DNA from: Negaprion brevirostris
Taxonomy: Eukaryota
Assembly (NCBI GenBank): GCA_030324005.1
Contig: JARDVH010000132.1
Span: forward strand, 90,855,561-90,919,560
Reading direction: 5' to 3'
Length of the DNA: 64,000 nucleotides
The position numbers and the translations under genes are program-made. This document shows positions 1 through 12,385 of this stretch, piece after piece; positions within the stretch are counted from its first letter, which is position 1; every line of letters begins with the position of its first letter. Under the pieces are notes generated by a model. It did no database searches. It saw only the letters and a program-made list of their open reading frames with translations, and was not told where the DNA came from.

Positions 1-545
1 TTTTTCCAACTACAGACGTTAAACTAACCGGCCTATAATTCCCTGCCTTTTGTCTGCTACCTTTTTTAAACAGCGGCATAACATTAGCCGTTTTCCAATC
101 TTCCGGCACTTCCCCGGAATCCAGCGAATTTTGGTAAATAATTATTAAGGCATCCACTATCACCTCTGCCATTTCCTTCAGAACCCTGGGATGCATTCCG
201 TCCGGTCCTGGGGACTTGTCCACCTTCAGTCACATTAGTCTATCAAGCACTACCTCTCTAGTGACAGTAATCGCATTCAGGCCTTCAACTCCTACCATCC
301 TTCTATCTTTAATATCCGGCAAACTATTTGCGTCCTCCTCCGTGAAGACTGAGGGAAAAAACTTATTTAAGGCCTCAGCCATTTCCTCATCTCCCACCAC
401 TAAATCCCCCCTCTCATCCTCTAAGGGACCAACACTCACTCTAGCCAGCCTCCTCTTCTTTATATATTTGTAAAAATTCTTACTGTCCCTTTTTATATTT
501 AGTGCTAGTTTAGCTTCATAGTCTATCTTTCCTTTCTTTATCAAC
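1..545 (-). mobile_element. CR1 LINE ORF2 fragment (linker to start of RT), runs off the window
   Basis: Minus-strand translation ...NIKRDSKNFYKYIKKRRLARVSVGPL...LM*LKVDKSPGPDGMHPRVLKE...EDWKTANVMPLFKKG...NYRPVSLTSVVGK, with one nonsense codon. Confidence 0.93.
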
Positions 546-1007
546 TTTAGATTTCAGTTTATTTTTTTAAAACTTAGTTTTACCCTTGCATGACAGAAGC
601 ATGATGCTGAAATAAGCATGTCAGAAGGAAGTGGGTACAGTTGGAAGATTTCTGATGTTATCAGTCATATATGGTGTTATAATTTGTCTTTTGCTGGGAT
701 TTGTAATAAGGTTACAAATTATTTTTAAACGTTTAAGTCAAAACTTCAATAGGAGAATATTCTCTAAGAGAAAATATTGGATTTTTTCTCCGTATAATCT
801 TTTGGATGAACCACAGAAGTAAAAGTAATTGAAGGATTAAAAAGACAATCATTAACGTGCAGTCGGTAAAGTTTGGTTGATCTGATTGTCATCCACCAGT
901 GTGCCAGCGCTAGTAATGTAATCATTTCAGATATCTTTAATTTCATTTTTAGTCGTCATTTAAAAAAAATTGCTGTGATCATACTATAATTAAAAATTGA
1001 TTGCATA

Positions 1008-1440
1008 AGAAAGAAAGATTTGCATTTACTTAGCTCCTTTCACTACCTCCGAACACCTCAATATTTACAATCAATGAATTGCTTCTGAAGTGCCACTGTT
1101 ATACATGCAAATATACAAGACTAAAAGGCAGGGAAAGATTAGTTGGTCCATCAAGCATAACAAGATCGGGAATATTAAAATATAAATGACCAGATTGTGT
1201 GTTTTAGATGTTAGTTCAGGGTTTAATGTTGCTGCTCTTTTGTGGAATTGTTAATACTTAACTGAGAGGGCAGATGGGGCCTCCCGTTGAACATTGCAGC
1301 ACCCTTGTCGAACATTGCAGTACTCATCAGTACAGTACAGAGGTACCTGTCTAGATTTTATGCTTAGTTCTCTGAAGTGATACTTGAACTCACAACCTTC
1401 TTGCTCAGAAGTGAGATTGCTACCTCTGACTCAAGGCCAA
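1008..1440 (-). mobile_element. DeuSINE (SacSINE1/AmnSINE1-like), degenerate
   Basis: Reverse complement shows a tRNA-like head, Deu-domain remnants (gaggccccatctgccctctcag; atctggtcatt) and an L2-like tail (aaatgcaaatctttctt). Confidence 0.75.
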
Positions 1441-1983
1441 CACCTTAGCTTAGACTTTGAAGAGCATACAGACTATAAAATCCTATGTTCAATTTACAGG
1501 CACTGCCTGAGTGTTCTGGCCTCAGACTGGGCTACAGTTGGAGCAGGACAGTTGACCTCCGTACTGACTAGGAAGTGAATACATCTCAGCTTTCAACTTC
1601 TGATCACTATCCAGTGAATCCTGCTGAAAATGAGAACAGGATCAGGCTTTACCGACATAGATAGGATTTACAGACTAGCAGCACTTTATCTTGTCGCCAT
1701 CTTAAGGTATCACATTATTCAAATTGTAGTAAAATTAGTTTTAATAATTAACCTGTATTATAATATTTTATAGTGATAGAGATTTCTATTTTTAGTGGGA
1801 ATCATTAAGTTTTGTCTGCTTCATTGAATTGAAATTAACAACAACTTGTACTTCAAAGCACCTTTAATAAATTTAAATGTCCTATAGTGCTTCACAGGAG
1901 CATGATAAAGTAAAATTAGACATCGGGCCACGAAGGATATTGGGAAAGTTGGTCAAAAGGCTTTAAGGACCATCTGAAATGGA

Positions 1984-2302
1984 TCATAGAATTCCTATAG
2001 TGCAGAAGGAGGCCATTCAGCCCATTGAGCCTTAACCGACAACAATCCCACCCAGGCCTTATCCCCAGAACCCCACATATTTACCCTGCTTGTCCCACCG
2101 AAACTAAGGGGCAGTTTAGCATGGGCAGTCAACCTAGCCACATCTTTGTACTATGGGAGGAAAGTGGGACATCCAGAGGAAACCCACAAGGACACGGGGA
2201 GAATGTACAAACTCCACATAGTCTCCCGAGTCTGGAATTGAATCCAGGTCCCTGGTGCTGTGAGGCAACAGTGCTAACTAACCACCCACTGCCACAGTGC
2301 CA
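1984..2302 (-). mobile_element. HE1-type V-SINE, near full length, CR1-derived tail
   Basis: Minus strand has a tRNA-like head (ttagcactgttgcctcacagcaccagggacctggattcaattcc), V-core (gtggagtttgtacattctccccgtgtc...gtgggtttcctc) and tail gggctgaatggcctccttctgcactatagg. Confidence 0.92.
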
Positions 2303-2419
2303 CCCAGAAACATAGGGAAAGAACTAGAGAGGCAGAAGGCTTTGGGAGTGGATTTCTTGAGTTTGGGGTGTAGATAACTGAAAGCTTGGCCGCCAATGGT
2401 GCAGTGATTAAAAGACAGA

Positions 2420-2900
2420 CATCTCAAACACTTCGCAGCCAATGAAGTACATTTTGAAGTAGTCACTGTTATAATGTAGGCAACTTGGCAGTCAATTTAC
2501 GTACAGCAATCAGCAGTATGATGATGACCAGATGTTTTGTGATATTGATTGAGGAATAAATATTGGGCAGGACATACCCTGTCCTCCTTCTCAATAATAT
2601 TATGGGATCTTTTACATTCACCCGTGCAGGTGGATGGGTCTTTGGACTTCTGAAAGACAGCGGGTGGGATTTTAAGGTGAGACCAGAAATTCCCTTCCAA
2701 GGTCAACGAAGATTTCCATTGTTGGATCCTCACCCAGGCTGATTCTGTGATAGGCAAGGTGGTAGAGTTCTCGTCAGCGTCTCAGTGCAGTGTTTCTTCC
2801 ATTTACACTGGAGTATCAGATTTTTGTGCTCAAGCTTTGGAGAACGATTTGAATGTGGGCACTTGTGACTCTGCAGCAAGAGGTCTCCCAACAGAGCCTT
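2420..2900 (-). mobile_element. DeuSINE inserted in L2 and interrupted by a MITE
   Basis: Deu-domain reverse complement gtaaaagatcccat...gtcctgcccaatatttattcctcaatcaatatcac...gtgactacttcaaaatgtacttcattggctg; homologous to 39953-40268. Confidence 0.85.
2662..2775. mobile_element. Short Harbinger-type MITE with 3-bp TSD (AGC)
   Basis: agc[gggtgggattttaa...gagttctcgtc]agc. Removing it restores a continuous SINE. Its internal gtgagaccagaaatt is shared with 7358-7482. Confidence 0.75.
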
Positions 2901-5344
2901 TGCTGACACTGATGAAGGATCCTCAAGGGGCCAGAATTAGATGAACACATATCTCAAAGTTCTGGGACTGGAGGAGATTACAGTAATAGGGAGGGGTGAA
3001 GATTGAGGCATTGCTTGAATGGGACATGATGTGAGTAGGTTCTGGGCAGCAGAGCTTTGGATACCCTCAAGTTATGGAGGGTAGATTGTGGGAAGCCAGT
3101 TGGGAAGAAATGAGGTGATCAAGTCTAAAGGTAGCTAGGCATGAACGAGGATTTCAATAGCAAATGAGCAGAGACAATGACAAAGTTGAGCGATGTTATA
3201 GAAGTAGATAGAGGTAGTTTGAGATGCTTGATTGTAAGGCTGCTAGTTCATTTCAGGGTCAAATGTGACATCAAGGTTGCAAATATTCTGGTTCAGTTTC
3301 TGACAGCTCCCAGGGGAAGGGACGGAGTTGATAGCTAGGGAGTTTGGAGCAGGAATCAAGAACATTACTTCAGTCATCCCAACATGTAATTGGAGTAAAT
3401 TTCTGCTTGTCCATTACTGGATGTTGGGTAAGACATAGAGACATTAAGACACAGGGGCACCATTCAGCCTTTTGATTCCACATTGGCTCGCTGTAAAACA
3501 ATCATCAGTCCCATTCCAAGGCTTTATTCCATACCCTACAGGTGCCTATGTTTTTTGAAATTGTAAGGAAAAGCTGCTTAATAATTTCATAACAGTAAAG
3601 GCACCAAGAGGCGTGATGAGGCAGAACTGAGTATCATCAGTGCACATGTGAAAGCTCTGCTTTCGGATAATGTCACTGAAGGGCAACATGCAAATATGGA
3701 ATAAGAGGAGGAAAGAAAAGATCCTTAGGGGACACTTGAGATAATGGTGCATGATTGGAAAGGGTGGTCATTGCAAGTGATACTCTGGATAATTACATAA
3801 GAATGGAACCAGGTAAAGGCCATGTCCCACCCAGCCTGCCAGCAGTGGGAAGGCATTTGATAAAGATAGTGTAACCAACTATGTCGAAGATTGTAGACAG
3901 GGCGAGAAGGACCAGGAGGGGATAGTTTATCTTTGTCACGGTCACATACAGTGCTAGACTTTGATAAGAACTGTTTTGGTACTCTGACATCAGAAATTGG
4001 ATTTTGAACTGTTAATGATTTTCAATAANNNNNNNNNNNNNNNNNNNNNNNNNNNNNNNNNNNNNNNNNNNNNNNNNNNNNNNNNNNNNNNNNNNNNNNN
4101 NNNNNNNNNNNNNNNNNNNNNNNNNNNNTTAATGATTTTCAATAAAATCTCTGCATTGGAGCCTTTGTGTATGATAAATCATTTGGTAGTTGATGATTTG
4201 TGATAATTTTGTTGCTCAGGCTGAGCAAATAATTGTCAGCAGCTGTTTCAATTCAGTGGCTTTAACGTGCTTGTAAGTACTTCTCACAGAAGTTGCAATA
4301 AATTTCATTTAGACATTTATAATTATTTTTTGCTGTTTCATATGGCCAGTAGACACCAGCATGTGCCTTTTTATCCCTTTCATTGGAAAATATCGGTAAT
4401 ACGTTTTTGAGTTGATAAGTTGAATGTTACAGTATTAAATCGTTTTTTAATCATGGCCCTCACAGAACTTAACAATGTAAGTACATGGTGTGGTTTGGGT
4501 TGTATTTTCATCTTTAAGTGCATATGAATGGAAAATTTACCTAAACATATTCTCTATAAGANNNNNNNNNNCTTTTGAAAATTCTGCAACTTGAATTACT
4601 TCAATGCAGCCTGGATTTCTTGCCTTTTCAAATTATTAGAATTTTGCTTGTTGAAAATAGTGATAGACATTTTTATTTGTGTTGCGAGTAATTTTGAGAA
4701 ATCAGATTAATTTTCCAAACTAATTAATTGTCATGGTCATTTACGACCCTTGGTTTGTCATGCTGTTGCTTTATAGTTGTAGCTGGAAATTACTTTCACG
4801 TCTCTGTATGTCAGGGCACCAAAGTGCTTTATTGCCACAACTGGGAGGTGAAGATGTAACGCAGAAAAGTTCTTTATTATATATTTTTAAATCTCTTGCT
4901 ATTTTGTTGCTGCTATGTTCTCATCGATTGCCTTGATGCTATATTGGAAATGATAAGAAATTTGTTCATGTTGCCAAGGTGAAACTTCTAAATCCTAAGT
5001 TAACCTGAGCCTTCCACTAACTTCTGGACTAGAACTTAATGCTACTTAGTGGTAGCTTTGAAGGCGAGGGGACACTTAATCATGTGTGAGGGTGGGACCT
5101 GCTGCCTTCCTGTTTGAATGCTAATTGAGACCCTCGTGTTTACTTAAGGATCGCACCTTTTGCTGCTAGTATTTAACCAGCAGCGGGTGGGGGAGCTGCC
5201 AGACAGAAAGGCTGAAAAGCCAGCCCTGTTGGGTAGTCTTGCTGGCTGAGAGACCAGGCATCTGCAAGGGGCTTGCTGAGAGCCATGCCATTTCTTCTGA
5301 CCCTTCTATCAAACACGTGTGCGCACAAGCACACACACCTATAT

Positions 5345-5416
5345 GAGCACCCAAGGCCAGAATCTAACCTGGGTCCCTGGCGCTGTGATGAAGCTAGTCT
5401 ATTTACTGTGCCATCA
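5345..5416 (-). mobile_element. V-SINE tRNA-derived head fragment
   Basis: cctgggtccctggcgctgtga matches the head of the 1984-2302 SINE. Confidence 0.7.
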
Positions 5417-5864
5417 TACCAAGTTTTATTACATTCACCCAGCGGTAACCATTGAGAGATTGACCTAAAGATTTGTTCTGCAATGTTTGGCAGCTACCGC
5501 GTACTCATTTTTGCCTGCGAGTTCACTGTCTGCTCTACTTGATAATGTGGTTGCACTATATCAGAAGTGCGTGTTAAACAAATTCAAAGATTTAATTAAT
5601 TAATTAAAATTAGGATGTAGCACTTCTTGCAGGACCAGTTCTTCAGTTCAAAACACCACACAATACAATATGGCAGAAAGGCCTCTAAATCCATCTGAAT
5701 TTGGATCTGATACAAGCACATGAAAATAACATGGGTAGCCTTTCAATTCTGTGACTTTCCATAAGGAACGTGATGAAATGTTACAGTCCAGGAACTTTGC
5801 CTTGGAAAAAGTTCAAAGACCCAGATTGCTCTACCTCCTCTTGACAAGTTACCTTCTTACTTAT

Positions 5865-6305
5865 CTAGGTGTCATTGGCAAACATAGCTACTGTACATTC
5901 AGTCCCCCTCATTCAAGTCATTGATACAGATTGTAAGTAGTTGAGGACCCAGCACTGATCCCTGTGGCACTCAAATAGTTACATCATGCCAATCAAAAAG
6001 ACGCATTTATCCGTAATCCCTGCTTTCTGTTAGCCAACCAATCCCCTACATTTATGTGCCTGATCTTGTATAGTAACCTTTGTTGTGGTACCTCATCAAA
6101 TTTATTTTGCAAGGCCAAAAATACCACATCTACCGACTCCCTTTCATCCATCTTGAATGTTAATTTGTCAAAAAATTCTACCTGATCACATTGTGATTAT
6201 CTAAGTATCCTGCTATAACTCCTTAATAATGGATTCTAGAACTTTCCCTATGGCAGATTTTTGGTTAATTGGCTTGTAGTTTTCTCCTTTTTGCCTCCAT
6301 CTTTT
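5865..6305 (-). mobile_element. CR1 LINE RT fragment
   Basis: Minus strand VPQGSVLGPQLLTICINDL and downstream FAND-like motif. Confidence 0.85.
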
Positions 6306-6409
6306 TGCCTTAATTCATTACTGATGAGCAGAATCTTTTCCAGCAAAAGACCAAAACCGTTGGATTCATTACCTGTACTGTTCTGTAGTTACCTATTCAA
6401 CCCCCTCAA

Positions 6410-7068
6410 TTATCTGAAGCTGAACAAGGCTGCATCCAAGCTTGGTGTCATATTTTTTCCTAGAATGAGTTTCAATTCATGTTGCATTAACATTGCCCAA
6501 CTTCATCTCCGCCTCAGCTCATCCATATCTTTTACTATCGCAAGACTTCACGATTCCATTGTGCTCCTGGGCTGATCTTCCGTCCCTCAAACTTAGTCAC
6601 TCACGGGTGTGCTGCTCTTGCTAAAACTCGCACCACGTCATATTCATCCATCACCCCTGTGCCCTGACTTACATTGGCTTCTCTTTAAGCAAAACATTGA
6701 TTTTAAAATTTTCATCCTTGTTTTCAGATCCCTCCCTGATACTTCCTGACACTCTGAGATATATTTATTATTTTCCAATTCTGGCGTTTTGCACAACCTG
6801 AGGCTAGTCAAACCACCCTTCGTAGGTTTGCATTAAGCTACTAAAATCCTAAACTCTGGAATTCCCCCCCCCACTAAACACCTCTACCTCACCAACTCTC
6901 TTTCCTCCTTTGAAGATACTCCTACCTCTTTGATCAAGCTTTATTTCATTTGCCCTAATATCTCCTTATGTGATTCTGTGCCAAATTTTCTTTGATCACT
7001 CTGCCCTGAAGCACCTTGGGATATTTTACTGCTTTAAAAGCACGGTATAAGTACAGCTATTGTGGTGA
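6410..7068 (+). mobile_element. L2 LINE 3' fragment
   Basis: cttggtgtcatatt, catcacccctgt...tacattggct...ttgattttaaaatt...ccttgttttc, ctctggaattccc; homologous to 36400-36968, 46048-46660 and 60885-61530. Confidence 0.85.
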
Positions 7069-7236
7069 CATTAGCCATTATAATTCTAAAAATATAATTT
7101 GCTTTATTGTTTGGAGTTGTACATTGAGATAACAACCTTGGCTAATAACACCCTTGTAAAATTGTCATTAATATAGTAGTTACTTATAATGGGAAAACAG
7201 CAGTGCATTTGTGTTTGAATTGACCACATACATCAT

Positions 7237-7482
7237 GGGCAGAATTTTACAGTCCCTCCCACCGGCAGGAACTTCCAAAGTCAGTGGACTTTGGAATAGC
7301 TCACTTCATTTCATGGCTGTGCCCCCACCATGACAGGGCCACAGAATTGTGCCCCATGGATGGGATTTTACAATGTCACTTGGGTGAGACCAGAAATTTC
7401 TGCCCGAAGTCAACAGAGAGTTCCATTCTCAGACTCTTGCCTGCTGCGATTGCGCAGCAGGCGAGGTGATCGAAGTCTGGCC
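7237..7482. mobile_element. Two tandem short Harbinger-type MITEs sharing a CAT target site
   Basis: cat[gggcagaatttt...agaattgtgccc]cat[ggatgggatttt...gaagtctggcc]cat. Confidence 0.75.
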
Positions 7483-7764
7483 CATGTCTCATAGATATCT
7501 GTTATTGTATTAAAAACCTTTGTCCAGTAGATCATTGAACATCGTCCAATCCTGTGGTGTAAGATGACAAAGACATTGCATTTTCCAAGTGTTATATTTT
7601 AATAAAACAAACTGTTGTCAAAATTAGTTTCCTGTGAAGTTAATATTGAAGTAAAACTAAATTATTTTAAAACTGACCATTTACATCTGATTGCACAGTA
7701 TCGTCTAATTTGATTTCTTCATACTTGAAGTTTATTAATGAGATAATGTGAATCTGTATGAAGC

Positions 7765-7798
7765 TGTGCTAATTATTAATAATTTTTCTTCTCTGCAG
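7765..7798 (+). promoter_or_regulatory. Branch point, polypyrimidine tract and 3' splice acceptor of JAZF1 exon 2
   Basis: CTAAT branch-like motif at about 7769-7773, then tttttcttctctgcag. Confidence 0.85.
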
Positions 7799-7871
7799 AC
7801 ACTGACCCTCGGGTGTTAGAGAAACAGGAGCTACAACAGCCAACATATGTAGCTCTAAGTTATGTTAATAG
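7799..7871 (+). CDS. JAZF1: JAZF1 (juxtaposed with another zinc finger 1) internal coding exon 2, 73 nt, phase 1 to phase 2
   Basis: Bounded by ttcttctctgcag| and |gtaaga. Translates as (D)TDPRVLEKQELQQPTYVALSYVN(R), matching recalled vertebrate JAZF1 ...HIDTDPRVLEKQELQQPTYVALSYINRFMT with one I>V change. Too short for the ORF track. Confidence 0.97.
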
Positions 7872-7877
7872 GTAAGA
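7872..7877 (+). promoter_or_regulatory. 5' splice donor of JAZF1 exon 2
   Basis: AG|GTAAGA. Confidence 0.93.
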
Positions 7878-9091
7878 AAACTTTTTCATACGAACAGCTA
7901 AATGAGTGCTTTATTACTTCCTGTAGAGAATCCTTTAAATCCTCTAAATCTTTAATTAAATAATTTAAAACCCTCCCTCCCCCCATGCATTAGTCCAGCC
8001 CTTAAAGGTATATTTCATTAGGTTAATATTTAATACCCTGCATGTGAAACTTTTTTTAATGAAAAAACTGATTTTGTAATTTTTCCAAGTTGTGAAAATA
8101 TAAGCTAGTGTCACCACCGCAAAATAGTTTTTGATATTATAGTCATTAATGTGAGCCGTAGTACAATTTTTCTTGACTTTTCCCTGTCCAGGAATCATTG
8201 AGGATGAGATTTGTGTTGGATGATGGTGCAAAATGGAAGAAGATGAATTAGTAACCTGTTTCACACTGTACAATTTTCTTTTTAATTTAAGTCGTGCATT
8301 TCAAAAGTAATTTACTGTGATATGTTTGCAATAAGGTACAATATAAATTAGTTTTCCTTGATTTCCTCACGTAAGTGTTCCTCACGCAGTGGTTTTTGAT
8401 CAAGTGGATTAATTGAGCAGCTTATAGGGTGCAAAAGTCAAATGTTTATCATGCACACTGCAACGCCCAACATTTTAGCCTTAAATGTATCCTTATAAGT
8501 ATGGATCATGCAATGACCTTTACTGATTCACTTCTGTTTGCTAAGGGTTAGCCAGCAGGCTTCCAACTGCAATCTTTATCTTGTCAAGCCATCTTAATGT
8601 AGAATCCTGCACCTTCCCCCACATCTGATTGTTAACCAGTGGCCTCTGCTCGGAGTCTAATCGTTAAAATGGTGGATGAGAAAAGGTTTAAGTTTCCCAT
8701 CAGATGTTTCCACTATTGAGTAGCCTACAGAGTACTATCCATCTAGGCTCACACGAGAAGAGCCAGTTGGATGAGATTATATTGGAAAACAAAACAGATA
8801 CCTCCTTATAGAATTTTACAGAACACTGTAAACACTATATCCTGAAATATTATTGGTGGGATTGTAGTAAAGATAATTATTGAAATTCCCTAGTTTAAAA
8901 AAAGATGCAAATGTTGGATAGGTTTTGTGCCAGGATAAATTCAGATAAAGTAGAAAGTTTCTGAAAGAAAATTAAGATTAATTATATGCGATTTTTCCTG
9001 ACCCTCACAATGCAAAGTGCTTCACTACCGGTTGAACATTATTTGAATCCCTGTTGTAATGAAGAAAAGTGCAACAGTCAGAACACACAAT

Positions 9092-9427
9092 GAAGCTAAC
9101 ATGCTTGCGAGGGGATTGAATATAAGAGTAGGGAGGTCTTGCTGCAGCTGTATAGGGCACTGGTGAGGCCGTAGCTGGAGTACTGTGTGCAGTTTTGGTC
9201 GCCGCACTTACGCAAGGATATTTTGGCCTTGGAGGGAGTGCAGAGGAGGNNNNNNNNNNNNNNNNNNNNNNNNNNNNNNNNNNNNNNNNNNNNNNNNNNN
9301 NNNNNNNNNNNNNNNNNNNNNNNNNNNNNNNNNNNNNNNNNNNNNNNNNGCCATGATCTTATTGAATGGCGGGGCAGGCTCGAAGGGCTAGGTGGCCTAC
9401 TCCTGCTCCTATTTCTTATGTTCTTAA
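9092..9427 (+). mobile_element. CR1 LINE 3' end (gap inside)
   Basis: [43 protein letters not shown]; 3' UTR attgaatggcggggcaggctcgaagggc...cctactcctgctcctatttcttatgttctta. Confidence 0.95.
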
Positions 9428-9679
9428 ATGCCTGGAAGCCACAACTTCTGACTCAGATGGGAAGGTAATATCATCAGTCAACACTGTCTATTTGGGTTGT
9501 AATCACAGTATGATATGCCAGTCAACGGAAGAAGATTTCCCATTATTTTGCCAATCTTATTCAGAGAGGCGTCAAGGTTACATGGTGTGAAAAATAAAAA
9601 TGTGATCACTGCAAGGATGAAGCAATTCAATTAAGAGGAGAATCCTGGAAAAGATCTCAGCAATTCCACAACACACTGG

Positions 9680-9975
9680 TCAGGTCAGAGTTCTGTGGTC
9701 CTATTGCATGCAATCAGTAATGGTGGTGCACAATTAAGCAGCTAATTGGAAGAGGAGGCTTCATGAACATCCTCATCCTCAATGATGTTGTGTCCTAATA
9801 TACGAGTGCAAAAGTTGAAGCTAAAGTGTTTGCAACCATCTTCAGCTAAGAAAACTGAATTGATAAAGCAGCTTCCACCTGAAGTTCCTGTCGAGTCAGT
9901 TCGATTCACGTCATGTGATATCAATAAGTGATTAAGCACACTGGATAGAAAGGTTAAAGGCTCTGTTAACATTGG
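9680..9975 (+). mobile_element. Fragment of a second CR1-group LINE family (here called family B)
   Basis: WWCTIKQLIGRGGFMNILILND...FATIFS; homologous to about 40770-41040. Confidence 0.7.
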
Positions 9976-10832
9976 GCGTGGGGGTGGGGGTTGCCCTCTG
10001 GATGTAGGTCAGTACCTGTTTATTAATGTCTCAAATTATATGAAATATGAGCTCAAGGTAGTGTAAAGCCTAAAAGTTTAAATAGGTATGGCAGTTGCTG
10101 GCCCAATTCAAATATGAATGAAGGCAGGTCTCTTTATATGTACATTAGGAGAAATGCTAGATGCATTTAGGCATGATTAGAGCTTTAGGCTTGGCCTAGT
10201 CGTAGACTTGTAGCTTTCACAGAGACTGAAAGAGATTCTGGAAATCAAAAAATCATAGAATCAATCGCATGCACACAAGTGCGCCAGTGCACACGTACAT
10301 GTTAAGCATAAGGGGAAATTGAGATCAGAAAAAAAAAGATTTAGGTTAGCTGGTTTCTTGGATGTGTCAGATGTAGAAGATGTTGCTATTATTGAGAACT
10401 TGGTTTGCTGGTAGGTTTCTGGTAGAGTTGGTAGAGCAGCAGGCCCAGAGTCTGAGAAGGCAGATTATCACAGTCATTCCCAGATAGAATTTCTAGGTGC
10501 CGTGTAACTGGTTGATAGCATCTTGATTGGTGCAAACTTTCTGTTGTCAAGAAAGGTAGCTTGGGGCAAACTTAAAACAATTGCATCTGGCATACAGCCC
10601 AGCCAAAAAAGAAAATGACAATAAGAACTTGTAACAGAGTTAGTGTATCAATCCTTAAAATTCATGATCCTTTTAAATGCCACCCCACCTGCCAATGCAC
10701 TTTAGCCTCTTAACAGGATGCACTGGTATGCTGGGACTTGACATCCAGTATGCCCCTTGGCCAAAACTGGTGCCATGTTCTTTTCCACCCTCTTCCACAT
10801 GCATTAATGAAGCTTGATCCTGTAGCTGAAAA

Positions 10833-11815
10833 TCATAGGAACATAGGAATTAGGAGCAATAGTCGGCAAGTTCAGCCCTTCAAGCCTGCTCTGTCATTCA
10901 GTCTGATCTTTCCCTGCTTTTAAGTCCACCTCCCCACTGTTCATCTTATCCCTTTATCCCTTTTTTATTAGAAATGTATCCATCTCCTTGAAATCATTCA
11001 AGAATTCAAACTCCATCTCACTATGCGAGTTCCACAAATTTACCACCCTCTGCGAGAAGTAGTTCCTCTTCATCTCAGTTTCAGTGCCTCCATCTATACC
11101 TGCGANNNNNNNNNNNNNNNNNNNNNNNNNNNNNNNNNNNNNNNNNNNNNNNNNNNNNNNNNNNNNNNNNNNNNNNNNNNNNNNNNCTCATCCTTCTGAA
11201 CTCCAGCGAGTGTGAGCCTGAACTGTTTAACTTCTCCTCATATGTCAACCCTTTCACCCTGGGAATCAATCTGGTGAACCTCCTCTGAACTGTCCCCAAA
11301 GCCACCACATCCTTCCTCAAATAAGGAGATCAAAACTGGACATAGTACTCCAGATGTGATCTCATCAACACTCTACACAATTGCAACACACTTTTCTACT
11401 TTTATCCTTCAGCCCTATTACAATAAATACCAACATTCCATTTGCCTTTTTATTACATGCTGTACCTGCACACCGATTTTCTGTAATTCATGAACGTAGA
11501 TACCCAGGTTCCTCTGCCTGGATGCATTTTGAATCTGCTTTCCATTCGGTAATAATTTGTCTTTTTATTTTTCCTGCCAAAATGCGTAACCTAACACTTA
11601 TCAACATGAAACTCCATTTGTCGAATTTTGGCCCATTCTCTTCACCTATCTGTATCTGTCTGTAAAATCTTTATATCCTCTTCACTGTCCACTTTCCCAC
11701 CTATTTTAGTATCATCCGCAAATTTTGCTATGTTACACTCTGTCCCTGCTTGCAGATCATTTATATAGGTTGAAAATAGTCCTCAGTTTTTGCACTGGTA
11801 TTCACCCCCATCCCA
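10833..11815 (-). mobile_element. CR1 LINE 3' portion
   Basis: RKDVVALGTVQRRFTRLIPRVKGLTYEEKL, FADDTK motif near 11710, CR1 3' UTR and cctatg repeats at the left end. Confidence 0.93.
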
Positions 11816-12385
11816 NNNNNNNNNNNNNNNNNNNNNNNNNNNNNNNNNNNNNNNNNNNNNNNNNNNNNNNNNNNNNNNNNNNNNNNNNNNNNNNNNNNNN
11901 NNNNNNNNNNNNNNNNNNNNNNNNNNNNNNNNNNNNNNNNNNNNNNNNNNNNNNNNNNNNNNNNNNNNNNNNNNNNNNNNNNNNNNNNNNNNNNNNNNNN
12001 NNNNNNNNNNNNNNNNNNNNNNNNNNNNNNNNNNNNNNNNNNNNNNNNNNNNNNNNNNNNNNNNNNNNNNNNNNNNNNNNTCAATTTTCCAGTGTGGTGT
12101 TTTGAAAACCTGTGGTTGAAAGTACTGAAGATGGCCACATGAGGGAGCACTCTTACAGCGCGCAGAAGAGTGAAAATAACTAGATGTGACTGAAAATTGC
12201 TGTGGGATAGGCTAAGCTGATTTTCTGCTTGCATGGCTCACCATAGAATAGTCCTATTTTATTTTCAATATTTAAGTTGTGTATAACTTAAAATACAATT
12301 TTATGCTAATGTTTGTTTTTACATTTCTGTATTTTGGTAATGCAGTGTTTTATGGCAGAATGCCATTGCATTGCTGTCATCTCAA

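Larger units (their letters stand above)
1837..3995 (-). mobile_element. L2 LINE 3' portion, fragmented by nested insertions
   Basis: L2 tail (aagttgttgtt on minus) at 1837. RT remnants LFHICMLPFSDIIRKQSFHMCTDDTQF (YADD-like) and LLVLLALSTIFDIV (LDLSAAFDTV-like). Confidence 0.85.

Noticed and set aside
1445-1690. Additional old SINE-like repeat (with a possible relative at about 50560-50670)
   Set aside because: It resembles a recalled shark repeat, but similarity between the two places is too weak to support or name it.
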